Source: Candidatus Sumerlaeaceae bacterium (lineage in GTDB: Bacteria; Sumerlaeota; Sumerlaeia; Sumerlaeales; Sumerlaeaceae). Taken from it: DNA of 64,000 nucleotides. Below, in pieces: positions 10,061 to 17,244 of the stretch. Position numbers and translations under genes: made by a program. Where the stretch lies: NCBI GenBank assembly GCA_049968255.1, contig JBMFRB010000005.1, positions 133,822-197,821 of the forward strand, read 5' to 3'. Within the stretch, counting starts at the first letter, position 1. Each line of letters opens with the position of its first letter. The notes beneath the pieces are model-generated. The model saw only the letters and a list, made by a program, of their open reading frames with translations. It made no database searches and was not told the origin of the DNA.

Positions 10061-10975
10061 GTGACGTGCGACCTCACTACAAGCGTCGGTCCTTTGACGC
10101 TCAAAAATCCGGTGACCGTCGCATCCGGCACTTTTGGTTACGGACTTGAATTCGCCGAGTTTTATGATCCGGTGCTGCTGGGTGGCATCTTTCTCAAGGG
10201 GCTGACGCGCGAACCACGTGCCGGTAACGAACTACCCCGCCTCGTCGAAACGCCCAGCGGCCTTATCAACTCGATTGGACTGCAGAACATTGGCATCGAG
10301 GAATTCTGCACCCACAAGTGGAGAGAGCTGGAAGGCATTAACACACTCATCGGAGTGAACATCAGCGGGCGCTCGCCAGAGGAATATGCCGAGCTTACGG
10401 AGCGCGCCTCGCAGGTGCCCATCGTCGGAGCTATCGAAGTAAACGTCTCGTGCCCAAATGTCAAAGAAGGCGGCGTGGAATTCGGCCGCTCCGCCGAGCA
10501 TATTCGCACGATCACGCGTGCCTGCGTGGAGGCCAGCCGCGTGCCGGTTATTGTCAAGCTTTCGCCCAACGTGACCGACCTCGTGCCGCTCGCGGCGGCA
10601 GCCATGGAGTCGGGGGCGACCGCCGTGAGCCTCGTCAACACCTTTTTAGCGATGGCCATTGATGCGCAAACGCGCCGCCCAGTACTACGCAATATCTTCG
10701 GCGGGTTGAGCGGCCCCGCGATCAAGCCCATCGCGCTGCGGATGGTGTGGCAGGTGTGGCGCGAGCTGCGCTGCCCCATCATCGGCATGGGGGGCATCAT
10801 GAGCGGCACCGACGCCGTTGAATTCCTGCTAGCCGGTGCAAGCGCTGTGAGCGTGGGTACGGCCAACTTTGTCAATCCGACAGCGGGACGCGATATTTTG
10901 CGCGAGCTTGAGGACTATTGCGAACGCCACGGCGTCCGCCGTGTGCGCGAGCTTGTCGGCGCTGCTCACGCCTGA
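10061..10975 (+). CDS. pyrD: Dihydroorotate dehydrogenase, class 1B catalytic subunit
   Basis: KNPVTVASGTFG, INSIGLQN, NVSCPNV (catalytic Cys), VKLSPN, GGLSGPAIKP and IIGMGGI motifs. Confidence 0.95.
   Translation: MTCDLTTSVGPLTLKNPVTVASGTFGYGLEFAEFYDPVLLGGIFLKGLTREPRAGNELPRLVETPSGLINSIGLQNIGIEEFCTHKWRELEGINTLIGVNISGRSPEEYAELTERASQVPIVGAIEVNVSCPNVKEGGVEFGRSAEHIRTITRACVEASRVPVIVKLSPNVTDLVPLAAAAMESGATAVSLVNTFLAMAIDAQTRRPVLRNIFGGLSGPAIKPIALRMVWQVWRELRCPIIGMGGIMSGTDAVEFLLAGASAVSVGTANFVNPTAGRDILRELEDYCERHGVRRVRELVGAAHA
10883..10968 (+). repeat. Copy 1 of an 86-bp diverged direct repeat (3' end of pyrD)
   Basis: Aligns without gaps to 15053-15138; 68/86 identical by hand count. Confidence 0.9.
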
Positions 10976-10979
10976 AGCA

Positions 10980-11080
10980 GGAAAGACGCGCCAGAGAAGA
11001 GGCCTTCTCGTGCACTCAACGGCAGGTGTGGCCACGACTTGTTCGGGAAAGACCCGCCAGAGAAGCGACGTTCTCCTGCA
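10980..11080 (+). repeat. Two 35-bp imperfect direct repeats separated by 31 bp, each with an internal hairpin
   Basis: GGAAAGACGCGCCAGAGAAGAGGCCTTCTCGTGCA (10980-11014) and GGAAAGACCCGCCAGAGAAGCGACGTTCTCCTGCA (11046-11080); 30/35 identical; GAGAA...TTCTC inverted repeat inside both. Confidence 0.8.
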
Positions 11081-11529
11081 ACCCTCTTCCGGCCGCGCCG
11101 CAACGCTAAACCGCCCCACTTTCGCGACATGTCGTTCCCTAGTGGCCGTTCGTTCCAAAGACTAACAAGGGCAATGGGCGCAGCCGACGCGAACTCTGCC
11201 TCACAAAGTGCATGGAAGGTCAGTCATTCGTACTCAGCGCTAACCTCCCGCCATGATACGGCGCTCAGAAGCGTGAGCGCTGCGACCGAGAGGAATTTGT
11301 CCTCACAAGCCACAAATCCACGCCGCAGGAATGCTCCAGGCATCGCGCTGCTACCCTCCCGCTGCCCGAGCCAAGTCCAAAAACAGACAGCGGCGGCTGA
11401 AGGCCAATCCTTGAGCCGCTGCACACAAAAAACTTTCAAAAAAACATTACACCGCGAATAAGTGTTTTTTTTTTTCAATATTCCACAATGGCACATGCCA
11501 ACATATTTTTCTGCAAAAGGAGAAGAACG

Positions 11530-11745
11530 ATGAATCGCTTCACGCTTTTGCCACTCGTGGCTCTCATTTCTCTTGCTCCGGTGCTCGGCTGGTCAGACAC
11601 TCCGCAGTGCTCATGGTCAGCCGACAGAAGGCAGTGCCTCGTAGAGCTTGCAACATGCGAGCCTCCTCTGGCGAGCTGCGGAGGGCAGGGTTTCTGGCAG
11701 AGTGGCCCATGGGCGGGCGACGCAATATGTCACTGCCACGAGTAG
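11530..11745 (+). CDS. Small secreted cysteine-rich peptide (71 aa, six Cys in the mature part)
   Basis: RBS AAAGGAG, ATG at 11530, signal peptide MNRFTLLPLVALISLAPVLGWS, mature part DTPQC...ICHCHE. Confidence 0.7.
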   Translation: MNRFTLLPLVALISLAPVLGWSDTPQCSWSADRRQCLVELATCEPPLASCGGQGFWQSGPWAGDAICHCHE

Positions 11746-11755
11746 AGAGTTGAGC

Positions 11756-12724
11756 ATGGAAACAAGGCATCACCTCTTCGTTTTTACATGGGGTCTAGTG
11801 TTTCTATGGTTGGGCGCCGAGGGCATCGGCGCCCAGTCCACCTTGCCGAAAGGCCCTGTTCACCTTGTCCCCGAGCAACTGTCGCTCTGGAAAAATCACA
11901 ATGTTTATTGCCGAAGCCGGTGCGTTGTTGATGATATCCAAGCCAAAACCCAGCATCATTACACTGTCACATCATACCACTTTGGCACTCATGACCTCAT
12001 TATTCATGCAAAAAGCAACCATGCCGAAATCGTTGGATATTGGAATTTTGCACTTAGTACCGCCGACTACTGGATGAGGGGATGCGACCCCTATATCGTT
12101 TTCTTCCCTAAAAGCGGTTTCGAACTCCGTTTCGGTTCACTTGATCCATATTTCAATATATTTGAGAGCGCACGCTGCATTTTCTATGGCTGTGGATTCG
12201 AACACCTCAGCGTGCAATCGGAATTGAATCTTACGACTGTAACACTTTCAGTGTACAGCTCAGACCTCCTAGCCACAAGTACAATATATCATGTCTTCCG
12301 AGACAACCTTGTTGTAGCAAGATTCAAAATAGGAGAAATGGCTGCGCGATATGATAAGAACGGTCGTCTTAATCGCACTGCGGGCCCTCCTTCCTATACC
12401 TTTTACGAAACCTTCGACGACTACCAAACTTCCCATCCATTCTCATTTCCCACTCGGGTAATTTTTCAAGATCAGCCAAGCAATCCCAAGTACTACAAGT
12501 TTGTTCACCAAATTCTTGAAGCAGGACCAATAGACGTCAGTCTGAAGCCGCTCCTTTCTGCTCTTACTAAAAGTCTCCCGCACCGTATTTGTGCCCGTCC
12601 CCACCCCGTACCTATCAGTAGGCTTTTCCGCTCTCGCACATTGCTAGCACAAGCAACTTTCATTCTCATCATTCTGGTCTTAAGTGGGATTTTCTTCCTC
12701 CGAAAGGGAAAGAACCGCTCATAG
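11756..12724 (+). CDS. Hypothetical exported protein with C-terminal membrane anchor
   Basis: ATG at 11756, 10 bp after the previous stop. Signal-like N-terminus; C-terminal TM (ATFILIILVLSGIFFL) followed by RKGKNRS. Confidence 0.7.
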   Translation: METRHHLFVFTWGLVFLWLGAEGIGAQSTLPKGPVHLVPEQLSLWKNHNVYCRSRCVVDDIQAKTQHHYTVTSYHFGTHDLIIHAKSNHAEIVGYWNFALSTADYWMRGCDPYIVFFPKSGFELRFGSLDPYFNIFESARCIFYGCGFEHLSVQSELNLTTVTLSVYSSDLLATSTIYHVFRDNLVVARFKIGEMAARYDKNGRLNRTAGPPSYTFYETFDDYQTSHPFSFPTRVIFQDQPSNPKYYKFVHQILEAGPIDVSLKPLLSALTKSLPHRICARPHPVPISRLFRSRTLLAQATFILIILVLSGIFFLRKGKNRS

Positions 12725-12787
12725 GGTTGTTTCGCTATTCGGAGTCTATATTTAAGTAAACGTCGGATCTGACAAGAGTGATTTGCT

Positions 12788-15151
12788 ATGAGCAGGCCTA
12801 GCATACATCATTTCGGCGAAACGCGCTTTCCCATTGCCCCTTTATTTGTCACCTTGTGTTCTCTCTTGGTTTGGGCGTTACCCTCACTTTCACTCAGTGG
12901 TTTTTTTGGTAGGTTCTTTTTCTATATGGTACATGGGGGTGCACCTATCGCCTCTGAGCTTGGTGTTCGCCCGTGGATTCTGCTGGTATTTGGTACAATC
13001 GTAGGAATACTGGCTTTCTCCTTGTCTCGAAGGATTGTATGGGTGGGATTTCTGCTGCTAAGTGCTTTCAGCGTCGCACAAGCATCTGTGCTAGACTTTC
13101 CGTGGCCCAAACGTGAGGAAGGAGTTATCTTTTTTGTCGCGCATACGGCTATGTGGCTTTTGCTGCCTTGCATTGTTTGGGCTTACGCAAATACACCTCG
13201 TGTGCGACACTTAATCCGCATAAGCTTTATTCCTCTTGGCGTAATCAATTATTTAACATTCGTTTTATGGTTGTCAAAGTCTAGTGTAGGAATAACTCTT
13301 GCCCCCTACGCTCCCTATGTGATGGACAGCTCAGGCATAAATGAAAATGCTTCGCGCTTCAGCGGAACCCTAAACTCGCCGAATGCGTTGGCTCTACTTG
13401 CCATAGTTACGTGGCCGGCGTTTTTGTCACCGATCCGTGCAGAGTGGTGCCGGTTCTATGCTTCGCTGTTACGAATCATTTCATTGGCCCTTATCTATGT
13501 TATGGTGTTTTTCACATATTCTCGCGCTGCGTATTTGGGCTTGATTGTGCAATTCTGTTTTCTCGCGCCGATAGTTTTTGCCCAAAGCCAAGGCTCGTCA
13601 AAACGAGCTGCAGATCATGCGTTCCTCGCCCTAGGCCTTGCTTGCGTTATAGCTGTTTTAGTGAATTCTGTTCGTCAGCGGGTGATTTCTGCGTTTAGCG
13701 GAGGGACTGATGCATCGATTCTTAATCGTTTGGAAGTTTATTCCGTGGCGTTACGACTTTTATGGGAGCGCCCATTTTGCGGCTGGGGCCCGGGCTCGTT
13801 TGCGCATTTATACAATGTGTTCTATCGCATCCCTGGGGTGAATTATGCTTTCCACGATGTTCACAGTGCATTCTTTTCACGTTTTCTCGACATTGGTTTT
13901 GCGGGTATTTGCCTCGAAGTGATACTACTTCTGGGGCTGTCACCTTTTAAAAATGTCAAGCGGGTTCCTTTGTGGGTTCGGCTGAGTTTCGTCGGAGCAA
14001 TAGTGCCCTCGATTGCAGAAAACGCTTCCCGAGTCACGTTTGCAGTAGACATAGCATGGATATGGATAGCTGCCGTCGTCGTCATATACACGCGAGGAGC
14101 CAACGCTCGGAGTAATAAATGTGATAGCGACAGAACAAGAAGTTTATTATTTACCTGTGCATGTTCCGGACTGTGGCTCATGAATTTCGTGGTTGAGCCC
14201 AAAAACGCGTGCGACCGACTAAACGCTGAATTGAACCGGCTTTGTTCATCACTTGTCGGCAAGACGACCGCCTCTGTGTATATCTCTGATGTCGGAACTG
14301 TTTGGCGCTCGAAGGAGGAGAGAGAGTTTCCAAGTGTTATAGCCTCTATGCTGCTCTTGTCCGAAGCCTCCGTTGCGAAGCCGGAAACGATGATAGACCT
14401 GGTCGATTTCCGCCCTGTACCAGCCATGGAGCGAAACGTTCCCATAATCCTGAAAGCGCCGGAGGCCGCGGCCTATCTGTTGTACGCCTCTGACCCGCTC
14501 GCTGCCCAACGATTAGTTGATCTTTTGCCAGCAGACCTTTTGAGAGAGGTGGCTCGACGAGATTTTAGGTGCGAACCGTTTCATGCGGTGGCTGCTGAGA
14601 ATTTTTGTCCGACGTGCGCTCTGTACGAAATCCCGCGACAACGGGAATTCGTTGGTCGTGGTCTACGCACCTACGCAACCACCGCCACTATCTCGCAGGT
14701 TGCGAATGCTTTTGCCAAAATTCTGGAAACGACGACCTCAGCTGTGGTTCCAATCCGGACTGCGCTGGCTGACTCCCGTGATGAGTGGGGGATGCTTCGT
14801 CATTTAGGGGGCGTAGGTTCTGTCTGGGGCCTCAGTTTTTACTCTGGGCCAAAACGCGAGGAAATAGTGGCCATTCCGCTAACTGGCGGTGGACAGCTTG
14901 TTCTGGCGATGGAGTATGAAGCGAGGCAGAGCATTCCGGCACGTGTCGATTCGGCTGCGAATAAAGTTTTTGCACTTACCGCCTGGCGATGTTGGTGTGT
15001 GCTCCAGGCCGAAGGAGAAGAAACGTTTGTGTCCCTGGCCAAACGCAACCCTGCGGGGTGCGATATCCTGCGCGAGCTTCAGGACTACTGTACGCGCCAC
15101 GGCGTGCGCCATGTGCACGAACTTATCGGTGCCGCACAGCCGCCATGGTAG
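12788..15151 (+). CDS. O-antigen ligase (Wzy_C)-like membrane protein fused to a degenerate class A beta-lactamase-like domain; last ~30 aa derive from the pyrD duplicate
   Basis: Multi-TM N-terminal half with RFSGTLNSPNALA, FTYSRAAYLG, SILNRLEVY..A..L.ERPFCGWGPGSF and HDVHS...DIGFAG. C-terminal half with EREFPSVIAS, ASDPLAAQRLVD and YATTAT..VANAFAKI. Ends DILRELQDYCTRHGVRHVHELIGAA. Confidence 0.75.
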   Translation: MSRPSIHHFGETRFPIAPLFVTLCSLLVWALPSLSLSGFFGRFFFYMVHGGAPIASELGVRPWILLVFGTIVGILAFSLSRRIVWVGFLLLSAFSVAQASVLDFPWPKREEGVIFFVAHTAMWLLLPCIVWAYANTPRVRHLIRISFIPLGVINYLTFVLWLSKSSVGITLAPYAPYVMDSSGINENASRFSGTLNSPNALALLAIVTWPAFLSPIRAEWCRFYASLLRIISLALIYVMVFFTYSRAAYLGLIVQFCFLAPIVFAQSQGSSKRAADHAFLALGLACVIAVLVNSVRQRVISAFSGGTDASILNRLEVYSVALRLLWERPFCGWGPGSFAHLYNVFYRIPGVNYAFHDVHSAFFSRFLDIGFAGICLEVILLLGLSPFKNVKRVPLWVRLSFVGAIVPSIAENASRVTFAVDIAWIWIAAVVVIYTRGANARSNKCDSDRTRSLLFTCACSGLWLMNFVVEPKNACDRLNAELNRLCSSLVGKTTASVYISDVGTVWRSKEEREFPSVIASMLLLSEASVAKPETMIDLVDFRPVPAMERNVPIILKAPEAAAYLLYASDPLAAQRLVDLLPADLLREVARRDFRCEPFHAVAAENFCPTCALYEIPRQREFVGRGLRTYATTATISQVANAFAKILETTTSAVVPIRTALADSRDEWGMLRHLGGVGSVWGLSFYSGPKREEIVAIPLTGGGQLVLAMEYEARQSIPARVDSAANKVFALTAWRCWCVLQAEGEETFVSLAKRNPAGCDILRELQDYCTRHGVRHVHELIGAAQPPW
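15053..15138 (+). repeat. Copy 2 of the pyrD 3'-end repeat, in frame with the upstream islet gene
   Basis: Encodes AGCDILRELQDYCTRHGVRHVHELIGAA versus PyrD AGRDILRELEDYCERHGVRRVRELVGAA. Confidence 0.9.
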
Positions 15152-15507
15152 CCCACCGCAAAGCGACCCATTACATCAATGGCTCGGGCCGATCGTAGCC
15201 CGCGCCAAAGTGTGGGATCGGAAGTCCTCCCTATGATTAGCAAGGCCCCCGTTCGGATATGCAGCGATGCTGCAGCGCACGACTGTCGGAAGCTTTGTTG
15301 ATGAGCTCACCCAACTGGCAACTGTCCCCTCCACGGCCGCCGGCGGTTCATGCAAGCTCCCCGTCGTCGCCGGCTCACTTGCGCACTCCGCTAACTCACT
15401 CGCGTAGAAATCCTAACGACCGCCAAGTGACGCCAAAATGATCACGCGCACCAGAAAGTAGAATTCTTCTGTGGTCCCAGAGAGGCTTTGATTGTACTGC
15501 TGGCAGA

Positions 15508-16482
15508 TCAGTGTTCTGTGGTGATGACTTCGAGCGGCGGTGGGCCCACATAGAGATTCACGCGCAGCTCGATGGGGTCGCGATAGCGCCGAACCGTAAA
15601 GATCCCGATGTCCTTCGGGCCAGTGTTGATATTTTCGCCAATACTCACCCGGTACGTATCACCCTCGTGGGCTGGAATGGCAAAGCGTGCGGCGACGGGC
15701 TCGTCCTCCGCGCCGGAGGGCAACGTTAGCGACTCCCTTACGACTGCCTCAAGCGGCGTGAGTGTCACTGGCACATTGATCATCCGGCGAAAGGGCAATT
15801 CATACACGGACACTTCCGCACGCACGACAGGGACGACGGGAAGAAAAAGTGCGCTGGTGGTTTTCGCGTCGCCCACACGCAGGCGAAACCGCCGCTCCGG
15901 GGGATTGCTTGGCCATAAGCGCACCTCCTCGCCAGATAGGGGCTGGTAGTTGGCGAAAATCTCAAGCTCGACTTCGTCAAGTTTTCCCTTGGCTGGAGCG
16001 AGCAAAATGCGCGTGAACCCTCCGCCATTGGTCACAAAGGGACCGCCAACTGTGCTGCCACCATAGCCGTAGATGGCAAAGTCGCTCACGGGCTGCAAAT
16101 TGACGCGATCGAACACGAAGACGCATAAACTGGGAGAAGACGCGGAGGCCGGAGGGAGAGCACTCTTCTCGAACGTAGAAATAATATCCTGCGGAGAGCT
16201 GGTGAGTTCCGGGAGCCATCGCGATCTCGCGGGCTGCCGCGCCACGGTACCCGAAGCGAGGGCGGCTGTCGTGGTCATGGTCGGAGCGCTCTGAGTGTAA
16301 AGCGAGGCTGAAGTGGATGGCGGCTCCACTCGCTTAGCGGCTGGCGATGTCACCGCTGTGGCCGCATCAACATAGACGGCGCGCTGCAGAGTGCTTGTCG
16401 TCAGAGCCGCAGCATGGGGAGCGAAGAACGTTAGTGCGCCCACCACACTCAGCACAATGAACGAATTAATGATCTGCTGCAT
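15508..16482 (-). CDS. Hypothetical secreted protein with Thr/Ser/Ala-rich linker and beta-rich C-terminal domains
   Basis: GGAGG RBS before ATG 16482, signal peptide ending near PHAAA, low-complexity T/S/A/P region. No family recognised. Confidence 0.7.
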   Translation of the reverse strand: MQQIINSFIVLSVVGALTFFAPHAAALTTSTLQRAVYVDAATAVTSPAAKRVEPPSTSASLYTQSAPTMTTTAALASGTVARQPARSRWLPELTSSPQDIISTFEKSALPPASASSPSLCVFVFDRVNLQPVSDFAIYGYGGSTVGGPFVTNGGGFTRILLAPAKGKLDEVELEIFANYQPLSGEEVRLWPSNPPERRFRLRVGDAKTTSALFLPVVPVVRAEVSVYELPFRRMINVPVTLTPLEAVVRESLTLPSGAEDEPVAARFAIPAHEGDTYRVSIGENINTGPKDIGIFTVRRYRDPIELRVNLYVGPPPLEVITTEH

Positions 16483-17133
16483 GTTCGAGTCCTCCCATTG
16501 GACGGTCTTCAGCGACACAATATCGATAATTTCTTATCTTTCTATTATAATGTTAAGCCGTGCAAACTATTATGTTATTCGTTTCAAGCCTCTCAGGTTA
16601 TCGTTTTTGCTCAATGATACATCGATCTTAATGCCGCCCCTTTGTGGACAAGGCTCGATGCCCACATCTCTTCACATTTTTTCCGTAATCGAGGTCGCAA
16701 ACTCCGAGTGCATCCGTGCGATAAATTGTCATCGCTGTATTGCCCGGATGCCTGGCCTTTTGCGTCGAGTGGGCTTTGCGGCTTCTGGGGTGCGCCACGA
16801 GAAACCGCCGTTTTGCAGACACTGAATTGCATTGCCCGACTGTGGCCTACTTGGCAAAGCTCAGAAACAACTTTACCAGCAACGCAAGGCTTGGTCTGGC
16901 TGCGGGCCTTGCAGGGGCTTATCCAAGACTACGACTCCGTTTGTCCTAAGCTTAGGATATCGCCTAGCTTTCGCCACCTCGGGAAAGTTTGTGGCCGCGA
17001 ATACCACAGACGCGAGAAGAATGGTAGGGCTGCTTTTTTCTTCATACATGTGGAACTCAGCTAGGCAAACACAATGTGTCGTCATCCTGCGCAACGCCGT
17101 ATTGTTTTGTAGCCTAACTTCTCGTCAACTGGC

Positions 17134-17171
17134 AAAAAAATCAGGGAGGAGACCCACTCGGATCTCCTCCC
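17134..17171 (-). terminator. Intrinsic terminator of the large secreted-protein gene
   Basis: 9-bp stem GGGAGGAGA / TCTCCTCCC, followed on the minus strand by TGA and T7. Confidence 0.7.
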
Positions 17172-17244
17172 CTTTCTCGCCTCAGTTTGGCAAGAGGTTA
17201 GCCATCGGCGCTCGCCTCATCGCCAAACCTAGAAACGCAGGCGT

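Larger units (their letters stand above)
10976..15138. mobile_element. Putative degenerate genomic islet inserted at the pyrD 3' end (no integrase present)
   Basis: Bounded by the diverged pyrD 3'-end duplication, visibly AT-richer than its flanks, and carrying three co-oriented genes with no housekeeping function. Confidence 0.55.

Noticed and set aside
10980-11080. CRISPR array call
   Set aside because: Only two imperfect repeats, no third copy at the expected position near 11112, and no cas genes; kept only as a repeat.
15152-15507. Integrase remnant next to the right end of the islet
   Set aside because: No tyrosine or serine recombinase motif found in the short ORFs there.
16519-17130. 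Genes or an ncRNA in the ~600-bp gap
   Set aside because: The overlapping short ORFs have no RBS or protein-like composition, and I recognise no RNA family; partly AT-rich promoter DNA.
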